Source: a virus
DNA: 64,000 nt
Reading direction: 5' to 3' (one strand)
Virus record (IMG/VR): IMGVR_UViG_3300032180_000001
Span: 32,001-96,000 of that record
Every line of letters begins with the position of its first letter. Position 1 is the stretch's first letter. This document shows, piece by piece, positions 36,794-47,118 of the stretch. The position numbers and the translations under genes were made by a program. A model generated the notes under the pieces. The model was not told where the DNA came from and did not search any database. It saw only the letters and a list, made by a program, of their open reading frames with translations.

Positions 36794-37375
36794 ATGAAAA
36801 CTATACCGCTGTATGGTAAGAAGGCTGCTGGGCGTGTCGCACTAGTCGACGACGAAGACTACGAGCTAGCTATGAGGTACAGGTGGCACGTTTTTGAAAG
36901 AAAACAACCATCGGGTAACACAAATGGCCCTTATGCCTCCACCAACGTCAGAAAGCCTGACGGCTCCAAGCGTATTATCCGCATGCATCAACTGCTCATG
37001 GGGTTTCCCGCATGCGACATAGACCACAGTAATCACAATAGTCTAGACAACCAGCGCAGTACTAATCTGCGCTTGGCCACTCGCAGCCAAAACAACGCAA
37101 ATCAGATACCTCGATCAGGAAAAACTTCTGTATACAAGGGTGTTTCCTGGCATAAAGGCGCTAAAAAATGGACAGCTAATATCACTGTATACAGTAAACA
37201 GTGCTACCTCGGACTCTTCCTTAGCGAAGAAAATGCCGCCAGAGCGTACGATAAGGCTGCACTTGAGACATGGGGCGATCGAGCGCTGCTTAACTTTCGC
37301 CGGGTGAACGATGAGCTGATGGCCGAGGCGCGCAGGAACCCGCTGCCTAGCGACGAGCCTGAGGAGCCCGAATGA
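36794..37375 (+). CDS. HNH-AP2 endonuclease with C terminus duplicated from upstream gene
   Basis: IDHSNHNSLDNQRSTNLR, YKGV, AARAYD; ends RRVNDELMAEARRNPLP. Confidence 0.92.
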   Translation: MKTIPLYGKKAAGRVALVDDEDYELAMRYRWHVFERKQPSGNTNGPYASTNVRKPDGSKRIIRMHQLLMGFPACDIDHSNHNSLDNQRSTNLRLATRSQNNANQIPRSGKTSVYKGVSWHKGAKKWTANITVYSKQCYLGLFLSEENAARAYDKAALETWGDRALLNFRRVNDELMAEARRNPLPSDEPEEPE

Positions 37376-38773
37376 CAACCGAGACGGAGCCGGCTGCTTC
37401 CTCCCTGCACGATCGCATCATCGGTCTGCTGTCGGCCGGCGGACCGGAGCAGATCCGGGCGGCCCTCGTCACGGTGCTGGAACGCCACGCCCCCCTACGC
37501 GATGACTGGGGCAGCATCTCGTGTGCATGCTGGTCGAAGCTCGGGCACCCAGCCTGGCCCTGCTCGGAACTGAAGCAGATCATCATGGCGCTATCGGAGG
37601 AGACGGAATGACGACCACGGCAGAAAACCTGCGGAAGGCCGCGAGCCTGCTCCGCGAGCGCGGGCACTGCAAGAACGCCCTGGAAGACGATGACGGCCGG
37701 CTGTGCATGATCGGCGCCTGGAATCTGGCCGTTCTGGGCCACAGCAAGAGCACCCCCAGTCGTCACGGCTGCGCGGACGTAATCATGGACATTGTCGGCG
37801 AGCAGTTCCCCGACCGAGTTCCGAATTACATACTGTGGTCCTGGGCGACATTCAACAACCATGACGACACCACCGCTGATGACGTGATCATGGTGCTGGA
37901 GAAGGCTGCTGCCCGGCTGGAGGAGAACGATGAAAATCCTCGGGCGTAATGCTGTGCAATCAGCGCAGGCTATTATCCTCGCCGTGAAATCATGGGATGA
38001 GCTGACGCAAACCATTATGAATGCTCAGGATGAGGCAGCCCGCAAACGAGATGATCCTTTCTTCAAGGGGGCATCGGCTGCCTACGCTAGCGTGCTCGAC
38101 TGGATGCAGGAGCTAGAAAAAAGAAATGGCCCGCTCGGAGGAAGAATCCGATGAGTGAGTTCATCCTGACCACCTGCGGATGCAATGAGCCCCAGGTAAC
38201 CCCTCCCCCGCGATGCACAAACTGCGGCCGGTACAGCCACCGCGTAGATGACGGCTACAAGATTCCTCCCCGGGAAGGCCTGCTAACCGAGTGGTTTTTC
38301 CGGCGCTGGGCACGGCATAGGAACCAGCAGCCGCCGAAGCTGTCGGGTCGGATAACGACGGACTCATCATGACCACTATTTACCTGGCTGTCAGCGGTGA
38401 GTATAGCGACTCCCGGGTCTGCCACGCGTTCAGCCGCCGGGAAGACGCCGAGAGCTACAAATTGGGCGTTGACGTGAGGGAGCTGGAGCTGCATGACGGC
38501 CCCGTCGAAGTGCGAGAATGGCACATGCTCTGGTGGCGGACAGATCTTCCCGACAGGGAGACGATACCGGGTTTCGCGAACGCCAATCCATACGAGTCAT
38601 TTTTGCTCCAGGACTTTAACGGCGACGAGCGGTACTGCCGTCATGACTGGAAAGGTGCGCCTGCCACATCTGCGGGTGTTCTTACCGTCCAGGGCTGGAA
38701 TCTCGATCAGGTTCGCAAGGTCTACTCAGAGCAGCGGGCACAGTACCTCGCAGGGAAAGAAGGCATCGCGTGA
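37372..38773 (+). other. Small coupled hypothetical genes (37372-37611, 37608-37949, 37930-38154, 38151-38372, 38369-38773)
   Basis: Overlapping start/stop codons, RBSs. Confidence 0.6.
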
Positions 38774-39366
38774 CCGAGCCGAAAATGCCTGAGCACATCC
38801 ATGACGATGACGGAACCGTCGAGGGCTGCCCCGGCTGCTTCGCGGAACCTCCTCTCGGAACGCGGCTATTCTATGAAGCGATGAAACGCGATGAGGCGAT
38901 CGAAGCAGAAAGACGGGAATCGGCCATCGTCCAGAGCCCGGACATGATCACCGAACTGCGGCCAGGCCAGATCATCGTAGTGGGAACGAACATCCGCGGG
39001 CTGCACGCCAGTGGCGCGGCCTGGTACGCGCACCAGCATTTCGGGCTCCGCTGGGGTGTCGGCCAGGGGCTGTCCGGACAGACGTACGCGCTGCCCACCA
39101 TGGAAGGCTGGAACGAGCTGCGCCTTGCTGCCGCCCTGTTCTGCAGCTACGCCGCGCTGTCCCACGACCTGACCTTCCTGCTGACCAAGGTGGGCTGCGG
39201 CATCGCCGGCTACGAGGAAGAGAAGGTCAGCGCGCTGTTCGCGAAAGCCCCGGTCAACGTGCTGCGCCCGACTGGGTGGCCGCCGTTCAAAGGTAAGCCC
39301 ATTGTTCATCCGGAACCTTACCAAGGCACTCTCCTGAAGCCGAAGCAGGCAAAGAAACATGACTGA
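38770..39366 (+). CDS. Macrodomain-like phage protein (A1S_2505-like family)
   Basis: VGTNIRGLHASGAA..A...FG...GVGQGLSGQTYALPT...FLLTKVGCGIAGY. Confidence 0.65.
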   Translation: MTEPKMPEHIHDDDGTVEGCPGCFAEPPLGTRLFYEAMKRDEAIEAERRESAIVQSPDMITELRPGQIIVVGTNIRGLHASGAAWYAHQHFGLRWGVGQGLSGQTYALPTMEGWNELRLAAALFCSYAALSHDLTFLLTKVGCGIAGYEEEKVSALFAKAPVNVLRPTGWPPFKGKPIVHPEPYQGTLLKPKQAKKHD

Positions 39367-40380
39367 CAGCGAAGACGACGAGCCTGTCGACTGGACTGGT
39401 GTGACTGGGCGCCTGCTGCTGAATTTCGTTCCCGAGGATAAACGCGAAGAGGCTGCGGGCTTTCTCGAAGTTTACCGGCAGGATGTCCGTGCCGCCACCG
39501 TTCATGATGTCGAAGTATGGCTGCGGGCAATCATTGAGCAAGCTAAAAAGGAGAACAACAATGGATAACCCACAACTTGGCCGCAAGATCCTCGACATCG
39601 CCGACTTCGAGACAGAGCGGTTCGACATGCTCGTCTGGGGGATGACGACAAGCTGCGGAACTGCTGCCTGCCTAGCCGGGCATACTCTGCTGCAATCTGG
39701 CTACAAGCTTGACGGCGGCGAGAACTTCCTTCGCCCCGATGGCACCCCCATTCCAAACAACCCAGGGGAAGAAGCGCGGCAGCTGCTCGGGATGACCAGG
39801 GGAGAAGTAACCTTTTCCGACATGGAGCTGCCCCTGTGGGTGGATTTCAATCACGGGCTGGAGCGGTTCCGGGCAATCGTCGAGCGAGCCGAGAAGGAGG
39901 GGAGCGAATGACTGACCCTAGCCAGCGCGAAATCCGACACCCAGACGTGACCGTGCACCTCTCGACGGGATGCGACGGCAACATCGGCGCGGTCATGGCC
40001 AGGATCACCGAGGGGCTGCGCCGGGGCGGGTACGCCAACGAGCAGGACGCCTTCCGGAAAGAGATCTTCAACGCAGAGAGCTACGATCACGCCCTGCGGA
40101 TCTGCATGCGATGGGTACACGTGACATGACAGACAGGCCATCGATCTTCGGGTTGCCGCTGGACGTGAAAGACACTGACCGGATCATCACCTGTACGCCA
40201 CTAGCCGGGTTCGTTGTCCTCAAGGCTCTCGACAAAGAAGGCGAGATCGTGTACCTGGGCGGCGCCACCGATGGCCTGAAATCCATTGAATGCCTGGGCA
40301 TGGCCCGGTATGCGGTGCTGAGGCTGGAGCACGGACTTCTGCAAGAACTAGAGGAAGAAGACGAGGAAAACGATGAATGA
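39359..40380 (+). other. Small hypothetical genes (39359-39568, 39561-39911, 39908-40129, 40126-40380)
   Basis: Coupled ORFs. Confidence 0.6.
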
Positions 40381-40831
40381 CGAGGAGCGCATGATGGGCA
40401 CGGCAGAGCCTTTTTCCTTCTCCTGGACTATCACCTCTGTTGTCGACCGGAACGCGACGACAACCGCGATCGAGGCAGATTTCAACGGGGAGCAGTACGT
40501 TGTCACCGGATCGGCCAAGCGGGAAAAAGGCGACGTCTGGGATCCGGCCATCGGGCTCACCCTCTCCTTGTCTCGCGCCCTGAGCGAGCTGTCAGCAGAA
40601 CTGAAAACGGACGGCCAAGCTCTCGTTCAGGCTGCCGAGCAAGCGAAGCAGGAGCGCATCAGCAGGCACATCAAGCGCGTGGAACGGAAGGTACTGAACG
40701 AGCCGGGGCAGCGCCAAACCCTTTCCATCACTGCCATCCGGGAGAAGTACGGCAATGAGGCCGCCAAGCGGGCAAGCGAGAGGCGTACCCGTACCCGATG
40801 GACCCCGATCGGACGAGACACTTTCGCCTGA
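40373..40831 (+). CDS. DUF1876-like (dsRBD-fold) protein
   Basis: GSAKREKGDVWDPAIGLTLSLSRAL. Confidence 0.7.
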   Translation: MNDEERMMGTAEPFSFSWTITSVVDRNATTTAIEADFNGEQYVVTGSAKREKGDVWDPAIGLTLSLSRALSELSAELKTDGQALVQAAEQAKQERISRHIKRVERKVLNEPGQRQTLSITAIREKYGNEAAKRASERRTRTRWTPIGRDTFA

Positions 40832-41012
40832 TGTCCATGCCCGACGAAACCCGCGAGATAGCCCCCAACCTGAACGGACGGCAGAGGCTCCTAGCCGACG
40901 CGATCCTGCTAGAACGAACGGCTGTGGTGCTGCTGCGGCGGGGTGGAGCTGCGGCCACCGTCACCTATCTTAAGTCAACTGCACGTTACTGGCGAGACTT
41001 GGCGGAGGAAGA

Positions 41013-41438
41013 ATGAATCGGGCGATGCGAATCAGATGGCAGGCGGCACCAGACGACTTGATCGGCGGCTGGTGTGTGCAGATGGAAGGCGAGCTGACAC
41101 CATCAGAAGGCGGAATTCAGATTGCGAACTTCGTCAGCCAGGAGGTCGCCGAGCACACCACTCTACTGCATAACCAGTGGCTGGAAGCGCAGGCCGAAGG
41201 CACCGCGGGGAGTATCAGGCCGGGGCAAGTGTGGGCGGATCTCACACCTGACCTGAGAGGCCGGACTGTAGAAATCCTGAGCATCGAAAAAGGCAGAGCT
41301 GTCTGCAAGGTTCTGACCAATAGCAAATGGTCTGCTAAATCGGCCGGACGTACGGTAAAGATCAGCCTGTCCAGGTTCCGGGAAACTAATCATGGATTTC
41401 GGCTCGTCGAGCAATCTGGGGGAAAGAATTATGCGTGA
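41013..41438 (+). CDS. Hypothetical protein with C-terminal SH3/KOW-like domain
   Basis: IRPGQVWAD..GRTVEILSI. Confidence 0.5.
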   Translation: MNRAMRIRWQAAPDDLIGGWCVQMEGELTPSEGGIQIANFVSQEVAEHTTLLHNQWLEAQAEGTAGSIRPGQVWADLTPDLRGRTVEILSIEKGRAVCKVLTNSKWSAKSAGRTVKISLSRFRETNHGFRLVEQSGGKNYA

Positions 41439-41826
41439 GATAGTTACCCAGATCCGGATTTATGACGACCTGGATCATGCCCGGGACAAGAGCAAGAACG
41501 AGGCTGCGCACACGGTCACCGTCGGGCTGAACGGCGTCTGGCGCGAGCTGGACCTGTCGGAGGATCACCACAAGGAGCTGATAGCGCTGCTGCAGCCGTA
41601 CCAGGACGCCGGGCACGTGCCGGCCGAGGCACCAAAGCCGAATGATCCGCTGCGCGGGAAGCGGTCGAGCCCGGAGTTCGCGTACATGCAAGGAATGCGG
41701 GAATTCGCGAAGGCGAACAACCTCCGGTATGTCACCTCGACGGGTAAGTTCTATTATAGTACCAGCCTGAGGAAGGCATATGCCGAACACCTGGCGAAGG
41801 AAGCGAGAGGGGAGACAACGCTATGA
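41431..41826 (+). CDS. Lsr2-like protein: dimerization domain with divergent C terminus
   Basis: DDLD..AAHTVTVGLNG..RELDLSEDHHKEL..LLQPY; MREFAKAN; no RGR. Confidence 0.75.
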   Translation: MREIVTQIRIYDDLDHARDKSKNEAAHTVTVGLNGVWRELDLSEDHHKELIALLQPYQDAGHVPAEAPKPNDPLRGKRSSPEFAYMQGMREFAKANNLRYVTSTGKFYYSTSLRKAYAEHLAKEARGETTL

Positions 41827-41993
41827 TGGGGACTATGATACTCATGAGACACGGAGTGAAGGCCGGGGACATAGGTCGTACTGTGAAAAAGCGCGAACTA
41901 GAACCCCTGAGCGTGCCCGCCGAAGAGCCGCTGACAGCTCCTGCCGAGGAACCGGCACCTGTTCTCGTGCCCGAACCGCAGCCTGCTTAAACG

Positions 41994-42518
41994 ATGCAGC
42001 TTACCTTGCTGGCACTGCTCGTCCCCTGGGTTGTCGCGATCACAGCAGTCACCATCGCTTGGCGGGGGAATCAGGCCTGGAAAAAGAAACAGGCAGCCGA
42101 AAAAGAGAGAAGAAGGGTTATCCCGAGAGTGAGCACCAGCGCCTGCCCAGGAGCGTACAACCTCAGTTGCACCTGCACCGGTAACTGCGGTTTCAGTCAG
42201 CCACAGCCGTTCATGTTTTACGGGAAACCCGCCTGCGATTGCCTATCCTGCATAATTGCCATGTCCGGCGGATTTTCGGCGGGCAGCGGGGGCGGTGGCA
42301 GTGCGGGCAGCAGCTTCGCATCGGGAGGCAACGGAGTATATATGGGTAACGTCAGCGGAGGAGGAGGAGCGGGCGGTGGCAGTGCGGGCAGCAGCTTCGC
42401 ATCGGGAGGCAACGGAGTATATATATGGGTAACGTCAGCGGAGGAGGAGGAGGAGCGGGCGGCAGCACGGGAATCAGCAGTACCGGATTTAGCGTCGGCA
42501 GCAACGGAAAAAGCATAG
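41994..42518 (+). CDS. Membrane-anchored Cys/Gly-rich protein (possible N-terminal half of a frameshifted gene)
   Basis: TM helix, Cys cluster, Gly repeat; frame changes at (TA)n tract. Confidence 0.55.
   Translation: MQLTLLALLVPWVVAITAVTIAWRGNQAWKKKQAAEKERRRVIPRVSTSACPGAYNLSCTCTGNCGFSQPQPFMFYGKPACDCLSCIIAMSGGFSAGSGGGGSAGSSFASGGNGVYMGNVSGGGGAGGGSAGSSFASGGNGVYIWVTSAEEEEERAAARESAVPDLASAATEKA
42290..42462 (+). repeat. 81-bp tandem duplication; second copy has extra TA and extra GGA
   Basis: gggcggtggcagtgcgggcagcagcttcgcatcgggaggcaacggagtatat... at 42290 and 42371. Confidence 0.85.
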
Positions 42519-43195
42519 TCGGAAACGGAGTTCTTGGCAGCATGAGCGGGCAGGGTCGAGCCGGACGCGCAGGTATGGCGGGCTTTGGCGAGCAGGATTA
42601 CGCGTTCGCCGTCGGAAGCGTCCGCGGGTTTCGTATCTGGCGGATGACATCACCGCCACTGCACCAGAACCCGCATGAGGCCTCCTGGGTGCCTACCTTG
42701 CTCCGAGGCCAGGCAAGCATGGAGTGGCGTCCCGGTGTGCAGGAAGCCTTGTGCAAGTACGTTCCCTCTCACAAGCCTCCTGTTGAATATGATACAAACG
42801 AGAAAGCCGAATGTGGCTGCGGCTATTGGGCGTATTGGAGCATGAGTGAACTCGGCTCGATGGTTACCGCCGACAGCAGTTCTCTCCCGATCGCCGGGAT
42901 CATCGAAGGTACCGGACGAGTCATCATCGGCGAGAAAGGCTTCCGCAGCCAGCGCGCAGCCATCCTCGCGCTCGCGCCCGCGTTCAGCATCCAGATCCAG
43001 GGCGGAGCTTCCGGGCAATCCGAAGAAACCGACCGATCTGACGAAGACCGCGAGCTGAGAGAAGCGCAGGAAAACGGCGATAGCTGGAGCGGCATCATTC
43101 AGGTCAAGCTGATGGAAATGTACCCAGACGCGCAGGTCTTCAGTACCGTCGACGGAATGCTAGCAACCATTAAAACCGGTGAAATGAGCGAGTAA
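42425..43195 (+). CDS. Actinophage conserved hypothetical protein
   Basis: GFRIWR, W.PG..EALC, H.PP, CGCGYWAY, G.V..GEKGFR. Confidence 0.7.
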   Translation: MGNVSGGGGGAGGSTGISSTGFSVGSNGKSIVGNGVLGSMSGQGRAGRAGMAGFGEQDYAFAVGSVRGFRIWRMTSPPLHQNPHEASWVPTLLRGQASMEWRPGVQEALCKYVPSHKPPVEYDTNEKAECGCGYWAYWSMSELGSMVTADSSSLPIAGIIEGTGRVIIGEKGFRSQRAAILALAPAFSIQIQGGASGQSEETDRSDEDRELREAQENGDSWSGIIQVKLMEMYPDAQVFSTVDGMLATIKTGEMSE

Positions 43196-43989
43196 CTGTG
43201 GGGGATCATCACTACTTCGTCACCTCTCCGGCCTGGGGGTACAACGACGAAACTGAAATCCGGGATTTTGAACGCGTGCTTCGGGACCACTTCCGCGACG
43301 TCCTGCTGTTTTTCGGCGCGTACGCCATGCACGATAAGGATTTGGATAATTGCGGGGTAGAATTTGATATGCCGGATAGGGTCGATGCGCTCAGCGGCAT
43401 CCTGAAAGAGAATATAGCGATCGTGGCCGCCTGGGATCATCCGTGGCAGCTAGAGGAGTACGCAAAACGTGAGCGGCTGTGGATCGTACCTGGCTGGAAG
43501 ACGATGGGGCTGGACAAATCGCAGCGTCCGAAGCCGAAACTAACCATTACCCCCTGGGAGCCAAAGAAACCATGACGGAACAGCTGGACGACGAGCCGGG
43601 TCGCGCCTACTGCCGAGTGCCCGACTGTAGATGGGTTAGCAGGGAGTTCCAGTTCCGGGACATGGCAGGCTGCGCTGCTTCGTGGCACATATATGAAAAG
43701 CACCCGGAAACCTGGCGAGACCTTTTCGGTGATCGCCCGCCGAATGACCCTGACCCGCGTACCGATGCTGGGCTTGCTGAGATCTTCCTGCGGAACGTAC
43801 TGGTATTATGGAGACCGACCGGAGATGCTGGTGGTGCGGGATAGCCGTAACCGTGGACATAGATCTACCGGAGAGCAACGGCCTGATCCGTGATGACAGT
43901 ACCCTCGACGGAAGTGAATCGTGGATCTGCGCCGATCATGAAGCATGCCTGCGCCGGGCACGGGAGATCAAGTGGGGAATGGGGTAACG

Positions 43990-44328
43990 ATGGCTCGGTA
44001 CGGACGACGGCTGACGTCCGCCGAGGCACGCGAGCTGCGGATCATCCGGGTAACCACCCGCGCGAAAGTGGCTGATCTCGCCAAGCTGTATAACGTATCG
44101 CAAACCACAGTGCTGTCTGTCATCCGCGGGCTGAGCTACCTCGACGCGGGCGGCCCGGCCGATGACGTTATCCTGCACAAGGACGTCCGACGGGAACACG
44201 GTACCGCTGCGTGCTACGCGACCGGATGTCGACTGCCGGCGTGCGTGCAGGCCAACAAGGACCGGAGCCGCGAGTACCGGCAGCGGAAAAAGAAGGAACG
44301 GCAGCAAGAGGGGACAGACCGGTCGTGA
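43990..44328 (+). CDS. HTH DNA-binding protein with C-terminal HGT-Cys motif
   Basis: VADLAKLYNVSQTTVLSVIRG; EHGTAACY..GCRLPAC. Confidence 0.7.
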   Translation: MARYGRRLTSAEARELRIIRVTTRAKVADLAKLYNVSQTTVLSVIRGLSYLDAGGPADDVILHKDVRREHGTAACYATGCRLPACVQANKDRSREYRQRKKKERQQEGTDRS

Positions 44329-44556
44329 GTGAGGGTGCCGTAACGTATCCGAAAGAACCCTATGAAGCCGCGCGCCCGTGCCCATACTGCCAGGGTGCCG
44401 GGAAAGAACTGGTCATCGTGCAGGTGAAGGTAATCGTGTTCAGTCCGACGGTGATTGGCTACGCGGGAAGATGCGGCCACATCTGGGATCTCGCCGCTTA
44501 CCGAATTCAAAAGCAGACAGCATGAACCAGGACGAGCACCTACCTGAAAGATCAAA

Positions 44557-44730
44557 ATGCCTAAGCTAAACGAGCTAACCCTCAAGCAGGTCAGTGAAGC
44601 AGCCTCTGACGTCCGGCGGAACGTTCGCGGGGCAGTTGACGCGGCCAAATCCGGAAACCGGACGGAAGCATACGCGGCAGCTGAGCGCGCCCAGCACGCA
44701 GCCTTTGAACTGAAGCAGTTGTTTGCATGA
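44557..44730 (+). CDS. Small helical gene between 21-bp direct repeats
   Basis: 57-aa manual translation MPKLNELTLKQVSEAA...KQLFA. Confidence 0.55.
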   Translation: MPKLNELTLKQVSEAASDVRRNVRGAVDAAKSGNRTEAYAAAERAQHAAFELKQLFA

Positions 44731-44961
44731 ACCAGGACGAGCACCCGCCTGGCTCGATGGCTGTCTGCCGGCACTGCGGAAAGCTGATCACCCGGCTGGT
44801 TGCTGGCTGGACCGACCTCGACGGCTTCTTCGCCTGCGTCAAGTCACCGACCTACTCCGTTCGCGACGCGGTGCTGCACGTTCCCATGCCGGACGGGCTC
44901 ATCGGCGCAGCCTTCGCATCGATCGTGCCAGACTGAACGGCATCTAGTATGGTAGGGAATC

Positions 44962-45312
44962 ATGACTAATGACCCTGTGACCCAGATGGCCAGGCGCCCG
45001 GGAGCCGGAGTAGCCATTGACCGGGACAAGCTGCTTCGCATGCGCCAGACCATGCTGCTGTCTCGTTCCCAGCTGGCCGCGAAGATGAGCGATGACGGGG
45101 AAACCCCGGAGTTTACGATCACCGCAGACGCGATCGCCAAGATAGAGAACGGCTGGCGAAAGCCGAAAACCGCTACCTTTGGCCGGCTCTGTGATGCTCT
45201 CGACTGTAAGCCGGAAGATCTCCTGCCCGATATAGGCTCCACCCGGCCGAAACCATGTCCGCATTGCCAGGGGATCTTCGGCCATGAAAGCGGCTGCCCT
45301 GATGCAACCTGA
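44962..45312 (+). CDS. XRE-family HTH transcriptional regulator
   Basis: LSRSQLAAKM..ITADAIAKIENGWRKP...RLCDALDCKPEDLL. Confidence 0.88.
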   Translation: MTNDPVTQMARRPGAGVAIDRDKLLRMRQTMLLSRSQLAAKMSDDGETPEFTITADAIAKIENGWRKPKTATFGRLCDALDCKPEDLLPDIGSTRPKPCPHCQGIFGHESGCPDAT

Positions 45313-45575
45313 CGCCACGCTTCTTCCCTATGATGACGAGTACGATAACGAGTACAACGACGAATCTGAGTACATACGCCAGCTTGCCCAGTACTATCCG
45401 CGCCTGGATAAATACCGAACAGAGGTAACCGAGCTTTCCGACGATCGGGGGTTTTACTGGCATCTCTATTCCCGCGATAACGGACGGCGCGTCAACGGAG
45501 GCCTCGCCGGAACCTGGTCGGGTGCCCTGCATGCCGCCCGCCTAGCAGCAGCATACGGACACGGGAGCGGTGCTC

Positions 45576-46100
45576 ATGAACGCTACTAGATATCACGTCA
45601 CTATATTTAACACTATGAAACCAGTCAAAGTTCTACGGATGCCAAGTGGTGAGATAGCGCTGATAGATCCGGAAAACTGGGCTAAGGTTCAGGAACGTGG
45701 ATCTTGGCACATTAATAAAACTCCAAGTGGAAAAACATATGTGCGCAGTAGCTCCAATAAAGGACGCCCTAAAGTACTGCTGCATGTATTCCTTACTGGT
45801 TTTCAGGAGACAGATCATATAAATGGTAATGCGCTGGATAACCGAATTGACAATCTAAGATCCGCAACCCGTAAGCAAAACATGGCTAACCAAAGAATGA
45901 AACGTACAAATAGATCAGGCTATAAAGGTGTAAGCTGGAATAGTGATACGGGTAAATGGCGAGCAGATATATCAAGAGGACCCGCTCACTACCTGGGACA
46001 GTTCACTGATCCTGTAGAAGCTGCCAAGGCTTATGACATAGCAGCGCTTAACCTCTACGGAGAGTTTGCTCTAACTAACGAAAGGATGGGCTTGCTATGA
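45576..46100 (+). CDS. HNH-AP2 homing endonuclease
   Basis: TDHINGNALDNRIDNLR, SGYKGV, LGQFTDPVEAAKAYD. Confidence 0.92.
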   Translation: MNATRYHVTIFNTMKPVKVLRMPSGEIALIDPENWAKVQERGSWHINKTPSGKTYVRSSSNKGRPKVLLHVFLTGFQETDHINGNALDNRIDNLRSATRKQNMANQRMKRTNRSGYKGVSWNSDTGKWRADISRGPAHYLGQFTDPVEAAKAYDIAALNLYGEFALTNERMGLL

Positions 46101-46346
46101 GGTACCACGTTACCCCATGGGGTTTTTTACTGGCTTGTCATCCTGATAGCTATTGTCGGACCGGAGGTTTACTGGGTTTTCGTCAATGGTGCCAACACTA
46201 TTTCAGATAACACCTGGGCGGTCGAGCGCCTGGACTCGCATCCGTTCGACATGTCCGACTGGACCTGGCTGCACTGGACTATCGCGCTCCTGCTCTGGTC
46301 TCTCTTCGGATGGCTCTCGCTGCACCTCCCCTTCCATATCCTTTAG
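46097..46346 (+). pseudogene. Membrane protein gene with apparent +1 frameshift in G4T6 run
   Basis: MRYHVTPWGF joins YWLVILIAIVGPEV...HLPFHIL if one T is removed at 46123-46128. Confidence 0.55.
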
Positions 46347-46416
46347 CACAAAATAATTATCCCGCGGCTGGTTTCTGTCCGGAACTGGAGCCGGGTCTTT
46401 CTTAGAAAGGCACGGC

Positions 46417-47118
46417 ATGCGGAAGATAAAGAAATTCTCACTCACGATCCTCGTCTTTTCTGGTCTGCTCACTCTACTGGCTTTTACAGGTAACCAGGCT
46501 CCTGCTGTATCAGCGCTCCCCGCCCCACCGCACGGCTACCATCTGACCTATAGCCATGACTTTGCAACCCAGGGCTGGGGCGACTGGTCAATTACCTCGC
46601 AGAACGGCGCAACAGAAGCTGTTACCAGTCAGGGACTCGGTTCAACCCTGACAGCCACGATGCAGAATGTTGGCGCAAGTTCAGCCTTTGCGTTCAAGCC
46701 AGGCTCGTTTATCCAGGGATACGTGTATCTGGACCCGATTAACGGGGTAATTGCTAACTGGCCCGCGTTCTGGTCAGTCGGCCCGAACTGGCCGTATGGC
46801 GGGGAGATCGATTTCGTGGAAGGGCTGGGCGGATCCGCCTGCTGGCACACGCATTACCCAAACGACCCTAACCCGGGTGGTTGCGCCCCGGCCGGGCAGT
46901 TCACCGGCTGGCACGTCTTCTCCGCGCTCTGGACGCACGGGAAGGTTACCTTCTGGTACGACAGCCAGCAAGTAGGGACCGAACCGCTGACGACAGATAA
47001 AAATCTTCAGCTTGAGTTCGGTTCCACGTCAAACGATTTCGGCTGCTCGATCTGTCTCGGACCTCCGAAGTACCCGTCAACGGTTTATCTTCAGTGGGTG
47101 AAGGTCTGGCATAAGTAG
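46417..47118 (+). CDS. Secreted GH16 glycoside hydrolase
   Basis: Signal peptide; [16 protein letters not shown] (ExDxxE), GWHVF..W. Confidence 0.9.
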   Translation: MRKIKKFSLTILVFSGLLTLLAFTGNQAPAVSALPAPPHGYHLTYSHDFATQGWGDWSITSQNGATEAVTSQGLGSTLTATMQNVGASSAFAFKPGSFIQGYVYLDPINGVIANWPAFWSVGPNWPYGGEIDFVEGLGGSACWHTHYPNDPNPGGCAPAGQFTGWHVFSALWTHGKVTFWYDSQQVGTEPLTTDKNLQLEFGSTSNDFGCSICLGPPKYPSTVYLQWVKVWHK

